Positions 19,097-29,378 of a DNA stretch of 64,000 nucleotides are shown here, one piece after another (position 1 is the first letter of the stretch; every line of letters begins with the position of its first letter). A program made the position numbers and the translations under genes. Below the pieces are notes generated by a model, which worked only from the letters and a program-made list of their open reading frames with translations, did not search any database and was not told where the DNA came from. The stretch is from Candidatus Cloacimonadales bacterium (GTDB lineage Bacteria > Cloacimonadota > Cloacimonadia > Cloacimonadales > JAFGVF01), in assembly GCA_963662585.1 (NCBI GenBank), contig OY759729.1, positions 1,344,001 to 1,408,000 of the forward strand, written 5' to 3'.

Positions 19097-19130
19097 AAAT
19101 AAATATAGGGCGTACTTTATACGCCCTATT
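19097..19130 (-). terminator. Probable intrinsic terminator after the response regulator
   Basis: ATAGGGCGTA-cttta-TACGCCCTAT 10-bp stem, AU-rich tail. Confidence 0.65.
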
Positions 19131-19231
19131 CTTAAAACTCTATGAATAGCCTCTTAAATTAAGAGTAAATTTGTAATAATGACCTCTTAATTAGTGTGTT
19201 AGAATTCAACACAGATTTCTAGATCCTTAAT

Positions 19232-19849
19232 CTATTCGTCTTCCTTTTCCAATTCAGGTTTAACTATTTTTTCATAACAACTAGGGCAGATACTATGACT
19301 AAACTGAGTATCTGAGTGGTCACTGATATATAGTTCTAAATCCTGCCAGACCTTATTATCTACTCTGACTTTTTTGCAATAGGAACAGATGGAAATCATT
19401 TTCTCTAAGTTTCTAATTCTATCTAAGCTTTCTTCTAATTGCTGTCTTTGGTATTCCATTTTCAGAGCAGATTTTACTCTAAGCATTAACTCAATATGAT
19501 TAAAAGGCTTGCTAATATAGTCCATAGCTCCCAAATTAAAACTCTTCTTTAAGGGTTTCATTTCATCAGCAAGGGGAAGAGCTGTAATTACGATAACAGG
19601 AATATGTTTCCAAGCATTTCTTTGCTTAAGAATCTCTAAAATATCATAACCACTTAACTCAGGCATCATAATGTCTAACAAAAGGATATCAGGTTTATTC
19701 TTTTCCATACCGGCAAGTAATTCATTACCATTATTGAGTAGGGTCAAATTATAGAATCCGTTTTGGTTCAAAATAGCCTTTATTAATCTAAGGTTAATCG
19801 GGTCATCATCAACGACATAGATCAACATATTTTCTAACTGTTTATCCAT
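19232..19849 (-). CDS. Response regulator with a C-terminal Cys-rich zinc-ribbon-like tail
   Basis: VVDDD, LLDIMMP, DYISKPF; C-terminal CSYCKKVR...SHSICPSC. Confidence 0.88.
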   Translation of the reverse strand: MDKQLENMLIYVVDDDPINLRLIKAILNQNGFYNLTLLNNGNELLAGMEKNKPDILLLDIMMPELSGYDILEILKQRNAWKHIPVIVITALPLADEMKPLKKSFNLGAMDYISKPFNHIELMLRVKSALKMEYQRQQLEESLDRIRNLEKMISICSYCKKVRVDNKVWQDLELYISDHSDTQFSHSICPSCYEKIVKPELEKEDE

Positions 19850-19857
19850 AAAATCCT

Positions 19858-21618
19858 CTAACTTTTTTGAATGTTACTATGTTCAAACATCTCTTCTAAG
19901 GTTTGGTACTTATCAAAGAGGGATTTAGCTTCTTGAAGCTGGTTATCCATTTGGATTCTAACCTTATATCCTTCCTGACTGCCAAATTTTTTCTCTATTA
20001 TTTCTCCTGTCAATGTAAGTTTTATATAATCTTCAGATTGTTTAAGATCTTCAGGAGAAGGATTAGTTAAATCAATTGGATTTGTAAATGTTGTTTTAGC
20101 TTTTGAATCATCTTCAGACTCTTCTGCTTTAGCATCTTTTTCAGTTTTTATCACATACTTTATAAAGTCGTTAAATACTTTGTCATTTACTTGGAAATCT
20201 AAATCAACATCATCGGAGTTCTTTAACATATATTTAACTGCATAGTCGAAGAAAAGATTTTTTCTGCGTAATTCTAATTCAAATCTTGATAAAGTGTCTG
20301 CTTCAACAACAATATCTGGAGTCACACCACCACCACCATAAACAGTTCTTCCTGAAGCTGTTTTATAGATATGTTCATGATTGAATTTATCGATATCTTC
20401 TTTTTCTTCTTCAGTAACTTTCTTACCTGTTAATAACTTATCATTGATGATTTTATGAATACATCTTCCTGAATTGATATAGTAGTGAGAAGTTGTAATT
20501 TTAATTCCGCTACCATCTCTTAATGGGAATAGTTGTTGGACTGAACCTTTACCAAAAGAAGTTTTACCCATAACTAATCCTCTGTCATAATCTTGCAATG
20601 AACCAGCGAATATCTCGGAAGCACTTGCAGAAGCTTCATTAATTAAGACAACGATAGGATAGTTTGGACGCATAATATCTTTAGTAGTGAAGTAGTCTTC
20701 ATTAGCATATTCAATTCTGCCTTTAGTATAAACTACTCTTTTACCTTTTCCCACAAATTCATTAACTGTATTGATAGCTTCTGAGAGAAGTCCACCAGGA
20801 TTAAATCTTAAATCAATAATTAAGCCTTTAATACCTTCAGCTTCTAAAGCATCTAAAGATTCACTTAGTTCTGTCGATGTGTTAGCATTGAACTGAGACA
20901 TTCTTACATAACCAACACCATTATCAAGTTTGAAACTATAAGGAATACTATTAATTTTGATTATATCACGCTCGATAGTAAAATCTAAAGGTTGTTTAAC
21001 ACCAGGTCGAATTACAGTAATCACAACTTTTGAACCAACTTCTCCACGCATCTTCTTAATTGAATTTTCTGTACTAATGCCTGTGATGTCTTCACCATCT
21101 ACTTTCCAAATCATATCTCCAGCCATAATACCCATGCGGTAAGCAGGAGTTCCTTGAATAGGACTCACAACAGTTATATAATCACCTTTTTTATCAATTT
21201 GAATACCTAAACCACCAAATTCACCTTTTGTACTACTAGTGAAATTCTTAAATTCATCAGGTGAAAAATAACTAGTATGAGGATCTAATCCTTTTAACAT
21301 TCCATTGATAGCATCTTCCATTAATTTTCCATAATCAACTTCATCAACATAGATGGCATCTAATCTTTGAATAATCGTTACTATTTTTTCAATTAATTCT
21401 GTCATGGTAGGAGCTTTATCAGGTTCACTTGCTTCTCTTTTTTGAGAAAGTTGTTGAGCAATAAGATCTGTTTCTTCCATTGCAATAACATCATCTATAA
21501 ATTCATCGCTATTTTCACTAATAGCTTGATTGTAAGCAATAAGACTTGATATTACCCAGAGAATACCGAAGATTAATATAATTATCTTATTAGAATTATT
21601 CAGTTTCATTTTTACCAT
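19858..21618 (-). CDS. ctpA: S41 family carboxyl-terminal processing protease
   Basis: LDPHTSY, PDZ FGGLGI, DLRFNPGG, SASASEI, SFGKGSVQ. Confidence 0.92.
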   Translation of the reverse strand: MVKMKLNNSNKIIILIFGILWVISSLIAYNQAISENSDEFIDDVIAMEETDLIAQQLSQKREASEPDKAPTMTELIEKIVTIIQRLDAIYVDEVDYGKLMEDAINGMLKGLDPHTSYFSPDEFKNFTSSTKGEFGGLGIQIDKKGDYITVVSPIQGTPAYRMGIMAGDMIWKVDGEDITGISTENSIKKMRGEVGSKVVITVIRPGVKQPLDFTIERDIIKINSIPYSFKLDNGVGYVRMSQFNANTSTELSESLDALEAEGIKGLIIDLRFNPGGLLSEAINTVNEFVGKGKRVVYTKGRIEYANEDYFTTKDIMRPNYPIVVLINEASASASEIFAGSLQDYDRGLVMGKTSFGKGSVQQLFPLRDGSGIKITTSHYYINSGRCIHKIINDKLLTGKKVTEEEKEDIDKFNHEHIYKTASGRTVYGGGGVTPDIVVEADTLSRFELELRRKNLFFDYAVKYMLKNSDDVDLDFQVNDKVFNDFIKYVIKTEKDAKAEESEDDSKAKTTFTNPIDLTNPSPEDLKQSEDYIKLTLTGEIIEKKFGSQEGYKVRIQMDNQLQEAKSLFDKYQTLEEMFEHSNIQKS

Positions 21619-22234
21619 CCAATTTTTGTTTTATTTCATACTTGATTTTTTCTGTAATTATTTCAGGACTTTGAGTACCATCAATGACAATATATCTATT
21701 ATTATATTTTTTTGCAAGATTTAAAAATTCATTTCTAACTTTTTGATGAAATTCTTTTGATTCTTGCTCCATTCTATCTTTTCCTCGATGACATATTCTT
21801 TGTTCACTCTCTTCAACAGTAATATCTAAAAGGAATGTAATATCTGGTGAAGTAGAATAAGTTGCAAAATCTATTAACAAGTCTATAAACTCAGTATCTA
21901 AAGAACGGGCAGCACCTTGATAAGCAAGGGTGGAATCGTAATATCTATCACATATCACATGTTTCCCTTGATTTAAGGCTGGTATGATTTTTGTACCAGT
22001 ATGTTGACTTCTACTTGCCATATAAAGGAGAAGTTCAGTTTCAGGGTTCATTTCATAGTTTGCATTATCTAAGAGGATTTCTCTTATCTTTTCAGATATA
22101 AACGAGCCACCTGGTTCTCTGGTTACTAAAAAAGAAAAATTATTTTCTTCAAAGTAATCAGCAAGTGCTTTTGTCTGGGTACTTTTACCACAACCTTCTA
22201 TTCCTTCAAAGGTTATAAACAAGCCTTTTTTCAT
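21596..22234 (-). CDS. tmk: Thymidylate kinase
   Basis: FITFEGIEGCGKSTQ, TREPGG, CDRYYDSTLAYQG. Confidence 0.96.
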   Translation of the reverse strand: MKKGLFITFEGIEGCGKSTQTKALADYFEENNFSFLVTREPGGSFISEKIREILLDNANYEMNPETELLLYMASRSQHTGTKIIPALNQGKHVICDRYYDSTLAYQGAARSLDTEFIDLLIDFATYSTSPDITFLLDITVEESEQRICHRGKDRMEQESKEFHQKVRNEFLNLAKKYNNRYIVIDGTQSPEIITEKIKYEIKQKLDGKNETE

Positions 22235-22357
22235 ATATTTTGTCCTATTTCTTTCTTTTAATTATAGAGTCTCTGTCCAATCCTAAATAATTTGAACAAT
22301 TGTCTAGGTATTATCTCCACCCTTTTCTCTATCTCATTCTCCATTTTAAATGATCAA

Positions 22358-23956
22358 TTAGATTATTGTATCTTTCTTAAATTTAATATCATCTCTTTCA
22401 GGATAATCAATTACGAAGTGAGCTCCACGACTTTCTTTACGCATCAGAGCTGAAACAACAATAGTTTGAGCAATAATAGCTATATTTCTAGTTTCGATTA
22501 CTTCTTTTCTAACAGAGTTATGTTGGTAGAAATTATTTATCTCTTTATAGATATTTTCTAATCTGGATAGAGCATATTTTAAAAGCCTTCTAGATCTTAT
22601 AATACCTACATATCCTTGCATAATGGTACCAATAATTTCTCGATTATTAGCAATAATTACCCATTCATTCTCATTAAATTCTCCTAAATCATGCCATTCA
22701 CTAAATTCAGGGAAATTTACATCATCCTTGATATCACGGCAGTTGGCAGCTCTATAAGCAATAACTAAACTTTCTAAGAGAGAATTTGATGCTAACCTGT
22801 TTGCACCGTGAAGTCCTGTACAAGCAACTTCTCCAGCAGCGTAGAGTCCTTTAATATCTGTTTGTCCATCAATAGAAGTTAATATTCCACCACAGAAATA
22901 GTGAGCAGCAGGAGCAATTGGAATTGCTTCTTTAGTAAAGTCTATTCCATATTTTAGGCATTTTTTGTTAATATAAGGGAAATGACTTTTGAGTTTTTCT
23001 GAATCTATTCCAGTGGCATCAAGAAGTAAATATTTATCTCCTGATAGTTTTAATTCTCTTTCTATAGCACGGGAAACAATATCTCTAGGAGCTAAGCAAC
23101 CCATGGGATGGTATTTCTTCATAAAGGTTTCGCCATTAGGAAGTTTTAGGACTGCTCCTTCTCCGCGTAAGGCTTCACTTACTAAGAAGGTTTTACCAGA
23201 AGGAGAATAAAAAGCGGTAGGATGAAATTGAATAAATTCCATATTTGCTAATCTTGCACCAGCTAATTTAGCCATGGCCATTCCGTCTCCAGTTGTTACA
23301 GAGGGGTTTGTATTATGTTTATATACTTGACCTGCGCCACCTGTTGCAAGCATGGTCTTTTTTGCTCTAAAAATCTCTATTTTATTAGTTTTGGTGTCCA
23401 TTACATAAGCACCCCAGCAGGTTATTTCAGCAATGAATTCATCTAATTGAGGTATATGATGTTGGGTAATTAAATCAACAGCTAAGTGGTGCTCATAGAG
23501 GTCAATACTGTCATTTTGAATACAGTTTTCGATTAGGGCTTCCATGATTAAATGTCCGGTAGAGTCTTTAGCATAAGCAACTCTTGGACGCGAATGACCA
23601 CCTTCCCGAGTAAGTGATAAATTTTCTAAACTACTTGAGTGGTAAATATCTTTAGAAGTGAATTTAGTTCCTATATCTATCAAATATTGGATTAATTTAG
23701 GACCATCCTCAACAATTGTTCTAATAATTTTCTTTTTACCTAGCTCTGCTCCAGCCTGGAAAGTATCATTAATGTGATCGTCAAAAGAATCTTGTTCATT
23801 TAAGACAGCTGCAATTCCACCTTGAGCATAGTCAGTATTGCAATCTCTAAGTTGTTTCTTAGTTATTACCGCGACTCTACCATATTTTGATGCTTCTAAA
23901 GCAAACACTAATCCGGCAATGCCACTACCAATAACTAAATAATCATAATCTTTCAT
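22358..23956 (-). CDS. nadB: L-aspartate oxidase
   Basis: IGSGIAG, AQGGIA, REGGHS, QFHPT, SEALRGEG, GLHGANRLASNSLLE, ESRGAH. Confidence 0.95.
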   Translation of the reverse strand: MKDYDYLVIGSGIAGLVFALEASKYGRVAVITKKQLRDCNTDYAQGGIAAVLNEQDSFDDHINDTFQAGAELGKKKIIRTIVEDGPKLIQYLIDIGTKFTSKDIYHSSSLENLSLTREGGHSRPRVAYAKDSTGHLIMEALIENCIQNDSIDLYEHHLAVDLITQHHIPQLDEFIAEITCWGAYVMDTKTNKIEIFRAKKTMLATGGAGQVYKHNTNPSVTTGDGMAMAKLAGARLANMEFIQFHPTAFYSPSGKTFLVSEALRGEGAVLKLPNGETFMKKYHPMGCLAPRDIVSRAIERELKLSGDKYLLLDATGIDSEKLKSHFPYINKKCLKYGIDFTKEAIPIAPAAHYFCGGILTSIDGQTDIKGLYAAGEVACTGLHGANRLASNSLLESLVIAYRAANCRDIKDDVNFPEFSEWHDLGEFNENEWVIIANNREIIGTIMQGYVGIIRSRRLLKYALSRLENIYKEINNFYQHNSVRKEVIETRNIAIIAQTIVVSALMRKESRGAHFVIDYPERDDIKFKKDTII

Positions 23957-24007
23957 TTATGCCTTCTTATATTTAACTATGGATAAAATAATCTATAGCT
24001 ACTTTTT

Positions 24008-24553
24008 TTACATCTTCAAAATTGATGTTAATAACTTATCCATCATTGTTTCGTGATCTACTAGGTCTAATTTCATCACGATACCATCTTCCTCAGGATT
24101 CTGATAATATTTTTTTCTAAGTCCTATTCTTTCAAAGTTGAACTTTTCGTAAAGCTTTATAGCAGGAAGATTAGAAATTCGTACCTCTAAATAGATGGTA
24201 AAGCATTCTAATTCAATAGATTTTTCTATTAGACTATGCATAAGATAAGAGGCAAATCCCAGCTTTTGGTATTTCTTTCTTACCCCAATATTCATAATTG
24301 AATACTCATCATAAATAGCCCAGCCTAGAAAGAAACCTACAATTTCTCCACAATATTCAAGCAGATAATTGTGCTTGCAATTAATATTTTCACCTTTAAT
24401 TTGTTTAAAAAATGCTCCGACTTGCTCCAGTTCTTCATAGAATATATCTGGAGACCACGGATCTGAAAATAACTCTTGCTCTATCTCTACTATAGTAGCT
24501 ATATCAGCCTTAGTTATCTCTCTTAAACATAGATCCTCTTCTCTTATATCCAT
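24008..24553 (-). CDS. rimI: Ribosomal protein S18 alanine N-acetyltransferase (GNAT)
   Basis: FSDPWS, NIGV...QKLG, LEVRISN..AIKLY..F...GLRKKYY; start codon uncertain (24553 ATG or 24574 TTG). Confidence 0.88.
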   Translation of the reverse strand: MDIREEDLCLREITKADIATIVEIEQELFSDPWSPDIFYEELEQVGAFFKQIKGENINCKHNYLLEYCGEIVGFFLGWAIYDEYSIMNIGVRKKYQKLGFASYLMHSLIEKSIELECFTIYLEVRISNLPAIKLYEKFNFERIGLRKKYYQNPEEDGIVMKLDLVDHETMMDKLLTSILKM

Positions 24554-24696
24554 AGTTAATTTCCCAATTATCAATTTTAAATCAAATAATATAATTTTTC
24601 TATTCTGTCAATGGGAATAATTTTTTTGCAGTTAAAAGAATATTGGAAATGAAGAGGGGGTGATGATGAATATAACTAACTCATAACTTAATAATT

Positions 24697-24770
24697 CTCT
24701 CCTTATTCTTCTCACTCATTTCAATCAAACTATGATTAATTTTCAAAATGAGTGAGAAAGAGTAAGGGAG
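24697..24770. repeat. Imperfect palindromic intergenic element, copy B
   Basis: ctctccttattcttctcactcattt / aaatgagtgagaaagagtaagggag arms. Confidence 0.65.
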
Positions 24771-24803
24771 GACTAATGATAGACTATTAAAAATCCTGTA
24801 ATA

Positions 24804-26051
24804 TTATCTTAAAATAACAAACTTTCCACTAACACTTCTATGATTATTAATGATTTTATAGAAGTAAATACCATTAGCAAATTTGTGGTTATTATTTGCT
24901 TGTCCATTCCATCTAAATTCTTGATTGTTAGAAGTGAAGCGTTCAACTAATTGTCCTTTTAGATTATAAATCATCACCTGGTTTTCCCCTCTTGTATTAC
25001 CTTCAATTGAGAAGTTAAGTCCTTTAGAAGTAGGATTTGGATAGGCATTAACAGTGAAAGGAGCAAGTGGAGTATTATTATCGGAATTAGCAACAATTTG
25101 AGTGCTGAATATTACATCAGAAGGGGCAAGAGCAACTTCAAAGCTTTGACCATTTTCTAAGTTATTATCAGTAATCCAAAGAGTTCCGTTGGATCCCCAA
25201 GAAGCATTGACGAAGGCTAACTGATTACCATTACTTGCAATAGTTGAACCACCAGGAGTAAGAGGATTAGTGCTATCATGAACTACGGTCTCAGTTTCTG
25301 TATCAATAACATAAATACCAGCATTCATTGCGTCAGTAATATAACCACGATTATTTACGAAAGCAGCTTTCCCTATATTTCCACCCACATTAAGAGTATT
25401 TGTAATTGTATCTGTTTCAGGGTCGATAACATTAATTTCTCCCATAACATCACTCCAGTTTCCTGTACACATGACGAAGAGTTTGCCATTATAATGATGA
25501 ATATATTGAGGATTGAGAGAAGTATCAATAGTTGTAAGAACTTCAAGATTATCTTCAGAAAGAACAGTTACTTTACTGCCCTCGTAATTATTAACATAGC
25601 CACCTGTGCAAGTAACGAAGATTTTGTCTTGATAGAATTCAATACCTTCAGGTGCTTCGCCGACTAGGGTTTGAGCAACAATCTCTTCTGTTGTTAAATC
25701 AATTTTGTAAAGTTTGTTAGTAAAAAATCCTGTAACAAAGAGATATTCGCCCTTAACTTTAGCATACCAAGGATTTGCAGAATCTTCTACATAAATATTA
25801 CTAATAGTGTTTCCTGTATTGAGGTCAATCTTTTGGATTGAATTATCTCCTGAATTAACAACGAAAGCATAATTATCTACAATATCAATTAAATTAGGTG
25901 TAGTACCTAACTCTACAAAAGTGTTATTTACTAATCCTGTCTCTGTGTCAATTTTGGATAGGGTTCCACTTACTGAGTTAACTACGAAAACTGCTTCTCC
26001 AAACAAAGCAATTGTTGCGACCATAAAAATTAAGAATAAAAGCTTCTTCAT
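24804..26051 (-). CDS. Secreted YncE/YVTN-type beta-propeller with a C-terminal FlgD-Ig/T9SS-like sorting domain (BtuG-like)
   Basis: Signal peptide; repeats such as FVVNSGDNSIQKID and VGEAPEGI; C-terminal AYPNP...IYNLKGQLV...NGIYFY; last gene of the B12-riboswitch operon. Confidence 0.75.
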   Translation of the reverse strand: MKKLLFLIFMVATIALFGEAVFVVNSVSGTLSKIDTETGLVNNTFVELGTTPNLIDIVDNYAFVVNSGDNSIQKIDLNTGNTISNIYVEDSANPWYAKVKGEYLFVTGFFTNKLYKIDLTTEEIVAQTLVGEAPEGIEFYQDKIFVTCTGGYVNNYEGSKVTVLSEDNLEVLTTIDTSLNPQYIHHYNGKLFVMCTGNWSDVMGEINVIDPETDTITNTLNVGGNIGKAAFVNNRGYITDAMNAGIYVIDTETETVVHDSTNPLTPGGSTIASNGNQLAFVNASWGSNGTLWITDNNLENGQSFEVALAPSDVIFSTQIVANSDNNTPLAPFTVNAYPNPTSKGLNFSIEGNTRGENQVMIYNLKGQLVERFTSNNQEFRWNGQANNNHKFANGIYFYKIINNHRSVSGKFVILR

Positions 26052-26070
26052 CTTATTTTCTCCTATATTA

Positions 26071-28227
26071 TTATATTTTATATTTTATTGCGTAACCTAG
26101 ACTCCAATTAAAAGGAGCTTGGGGATTATATATCACTATATCATAGTAGTTATTAAGCAGATTGTTTAAAGATAAGTTGAAGTTGTGTTCAAATTTACCC
26201 AAAGAGAATGACCTCGAGATACTTGCATTGAGTAATTCATAGTCAGCAAGAGGTTTTCTAAGATTATCTTGTGTCGTCCACTGCTCTCCAGTATGGGTAT
26301 ATTCTAGCTTTACTTTATTATTGTAAAAAGTATAGTCGGCCCCCATGTTAAAGATATATTCAGGGATATAAACTAATTCTTTACCGTAATAGCTTGAGGG
26401 AGATCCATCCTCTTTACGAGTCTTATTTTTGGTTTCAGAAAGCACCGTTTTTGAGAAGAGGGTAAGTTTAGGTAAAATCTCCCAATTGGCTTCAAATTCA
26501 TAATTAGCTATATTACTGCTTCCAATGTTGACTGGTTTCCAGATTCCACCCTGCATTTGTACTTCAATCCACTGTATTAAATTATCAATTTCATTATAAG
26601 AATGGTTAAGCTTGAAAGAGAAGTTAGAATACTCTAATTTTACTCCGACTTGGTAACCTTTAGATTCTTCAGGGAAAAGATCAGGATTGCCAACAGCATG
26701 AGAATCGCCCTTCCAGTAGAGACTGTAAAAAGAGGGAACTGTAAATCCTGTGCCATAACTAAACAAGAAGGTAGGTTTGATAAGATAATCATAACTCACA
26801 TCCCCACTCAAACGATAGGTATAAAAATTGTTAAATCTGTTGTGTTTATCATAGCGCAATGAGGCAATAATATTATAGTTCATGAGTTCGAAGTTGTTTT
26901 TATACTGACTCACGATATTTGAGGCATAAGAATATTGGTAAGTCTTGGCTATATCACTACTTACTAGAAGCTTATTATTAAAAGAATAAGATTCTTCTAA
27001 GCTACTGTTTATGAGACTGATTTGAAGTTTATCATAAGCCAGAATATTACTTAATTTAAGGCCTAACCTTCTATTATTAGAGCTGTTTTTAGCTCGATTC
27101 ATTGTTATTGTGGGGCTTAAATTAGAATATTCTGACTCTTTATCAATTAGATATAGCTCTAGAGAATTATTAACTTTAGCAAACTTCTTTTTAATTTTAA
27201 GATCATTGTAAAAATCATATCCTTCAATCTTTGCTCCATTATAGAGATTTAGGAAATTTGTAGGACCTGGCAATTGATTCTCGTAATGAGTTAAGTTACC
27301 ACTATAATAGATGTCAAACCATTTCAGTTTTGAGGATAGATTAAGCATAGCGTTGTTACTTTGCTTAGAATTATTATCTCTAACTTGAGTTTTCCAATCA
27401 TTCCCTTTTTTAATTTTATATTTAAAATCATTATCTGAGTATTGATTAGAGAAAACAGCATAAAAGCTGGTATTGCCAAGATTAAAACCAGTCGAGAGAG
27501 TAACTTTTCTGAAATTATAACTACCGTAATTAGCACTCAGAGAAAAATCTCTATTACTACTACTACTCTTCTTAGTCTTAATGTTTATAACACCAGCGAT
27601 TCCACCTCCACCGGCTAAAGAACTGACATTATTCTTATAAATCTCTACTTCATCCACCAACTCAACAGGGATTGAGGCTAAATCAAAATCTTCTCCATTG
27701 TTATTCAAAGGAACTCCATCTAACATAACTAGAGTATGCCTGCTACTGTGTCCTAAGATAGACGCTGTCTGCCTTTCTCCTGGTAGTTTAGTCCCTTGTA
27801 TTTTTATACTATTATCATTGGTTAAGACTTCAGCTAGATTAGTATTTTCACTTGCTTTATCTTTTAGAGAAATAGTTATTTTCTCCTCAGAACTGGGGAG
27901 CTGGTTATTACTCCTTTTGGCTGTGAAAGTTATAGCACTCAATTCCATACTTAATGGCTTCATAGTAAAATACTTGGTTGAAGTGAAATCCCTACGATTA
28001 ACTTTTATTATCTCATGAAAAGCATAATAGATAATTAAAGAATCTGCTTGAGATTCAGAGTTGAGTAAAAAATAACCATTCTCCTGAGAAAAAACAGAAT
28101 TCTCTCCATGAATTATTAATACTTCTTCTAGGGGATTATCTTTTTCATCAAGGACAAATCCACGGAAGGTCTCTGCTATTAATAAGACTGGAATTAGAAT
28201 AATTAGGAAGGAAAGTATTTTCTTCAT
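26071..28227 (-). CDS. TonB-dependent receptor, probably for cobalamin (BtuB-like)
   Basis: Plug motif HTLVMLDGVPL...VDEVEIYK...GVINIKTK; GNPDLFPE; NNLLNNYY; controlled by the cobalamin riboswitch. Confidence 0.85.
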   Translation of the reverse strand: MKKILSFLIILIPVLLIAETFRGFVLDEKDNPLEEVLIIHGENSVFSQENGYFLLNSESQADSLIIYYAFHEIIKVNRRDFTSTKYFTMKPLSMELSAITFTAKRSNNQLPSSEEKITISLKDKASENTNLAEVLTNDNSIKIQGTKLPGERQTASILGHSSRHTLVMLDGVPLNNNGEDFDLASIPVELVDEVEIYKNNVSSLAGGGGIAGVINIKTKKSSSSNRDFSLSANYGSYNFRKVTLSTGFNLGNTSFYAVFSNQYSDNDFKYKIKKGNDWKTQVRDNNSKQSNNAMLNLSSKLKWFDIYYSGNLTHYENQLPGPTNFLNLYNGAKIEGYDFYNDLKIKKKFAKVNNSLELYLIDKESEYSNLSPTITMNRAKNSSNNRRLGLKLSNILAYDKLQISLINSSLEESYSFNNKLLVSSDIAKTYQYSYASNIVSQYKNNFELMNYNIIASLRYDKHNRFNNFYTYRLSGDVSYDYLIKPTFLFSYGTGFTVPSFYSLYWKGDSHAVGNPDLFPEESKGYQVGVKLEYSNFSFKLNHSYNEIDNLIQWIEVQMQGGIWKPVNIGSSNIANYEFEANWEILPKLTLFSKTVLSETKNKTRKEDGSPSSYYGKELVYIPEYIFNMGADYTFYNNKVKLEYTHTGEQWTTQDNLRKPLADYELLNASISRSFSLGKFEHNFNLSLNNLLNNYYDIVIYNPQAPFNWSLGYAIKYKI

Positions 28228-28991
28228 GGATAGATTATATTTGGTTTCAGAGTTAAGGGATTAGTTACTACACCTAGCTCAATATCAAAAAGCCGAGCTA
28301 GGTTCTTAGTTGTTATTACTTCTTCTGGATTTCCATCTGCGATTAATTCACCACCCTTTAAAGCAATCATTCTCTGAGAATAGTTAGCTGATAAATTAAT
28401 ATTATGAGAGACCATTATGATAGATTTACCTTTTTCAGTATGCAGGGATTTCATAATGTTTAGTATCTCTACTTGATGATTTATATCTAAATGGGAAAAT
28501 GTTTCATCTAAGAGAATATAGTCTGAATCCTGAGCAATAGCTCTGGCTATTAGAGTTCTTTGTTTTTCTCCACCACTTAATTGATTAATGTATTTGTGGC
28601 GAAGCTGCTGTAAATCTAAATCTTGGATTATCTTCTCTACAATTTCTCTATCTTTGGTGGAGTAGTTTTGCCAAAGGGAAATAAAAGGAAACCTACCCAT
28701 GAGAATTATTTCTTCTACAGTGAAGTTATACTGAATAAAATTCTCTTGAGGGATGTAGGTAACAATCTTGGCTAACTCTTGTTGTGACCATTTATCCACT
28801 CTCTTTCCTGAAATGGTGATTTCTCCACTTTCAGCCTTCATAAAACCGTTGATGAGCTTTAAAAGTGTAGATTTACCTGCTCCATTAGGCCCTAAAATAG
28901 ACACAAATTCTGCTGGTGAGAAGTCTAAACTGAGATTTTTAAAGATCTCTTTATCTGAGTATCCTGCTTTAAGATTCTTAATGTGTATCAT
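28224..28991 (-). CDS. ABC transporter ATP-binding subunit (BtuD/FepC family)
   Basis: Start reassigned to MIHIKNL; GPNGAGKST, LSGGEKQR, LLDETFSHLDINHQ. Confidence 0.9.
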   Translation of the reverse strand: MIHIKNLKAGYSDKEIFKNLSLDFSPAEFVSILGPNGAGKSTLLKLINGFMKAESGEITISGKRVDKWSQQELAKIVTYIPQENFIQYNFTVEEIILMGRFPFISLWQNYSTKDREIVEKIIQDLDLQQLRHKYINQLSGGEKQRTLIARAIAQDSDYILLDETFSHLDINHQVEILNIMKSLHTEKGKSIIMVSHNINLSANYSQRMIALKGGELIADGNPEEVITTKNLARLFDIELGVVTNPLTLKPNIIYP

Positions 28992-29103
28992 TCTTCCTCT
29001 GATATTTTTACTTGTGTAACTCAAATAGTTTAGTTGTAGTTTTTCTTTATTCTTTTATTGAAGAATCTCCGTTATATTTGATCGTACTTCGCAATCATTA
29101 CGG

Positions 29104-29262
29104 ACTCATTGGCAGGTTTCCTGACTTGTAGCGAGTAATATTTATAAGTGCCTTCCCGGGTAATTATCCAGTGACTCTTAATACTCATAATTGCTACTTA
29201 CAGTGGCGAAGACCGTTCCCGATTCTAACGGGATTCCCTTTTACTCTTGCACCAGTGAGTTA
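29104..29262 (-). ncRNA. Cobalamin riboswitch
   Basis: Minus strand: GGTGC...AAAAGGGAATCCCGTTAGAATCGGGAACGGTCTTCGCCACTGTAA...GTCACTGG...CCGGGAAGGC...AAGTCAGGAAACCTGCC (B12 box), upstream of a TonB/ABC uptake operon. Confidence 0.93.
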
Positions 29263-29378
29263 CACATTTTACTACTAAGTTATTTTTTAGAGCTTTACTG
29301 TCAATAGAATTTGAAAAAAAAATTGTTAAATAGAACAATATAGTTATTATTTATCTAACAAAGTAAGAGGTATTAATT

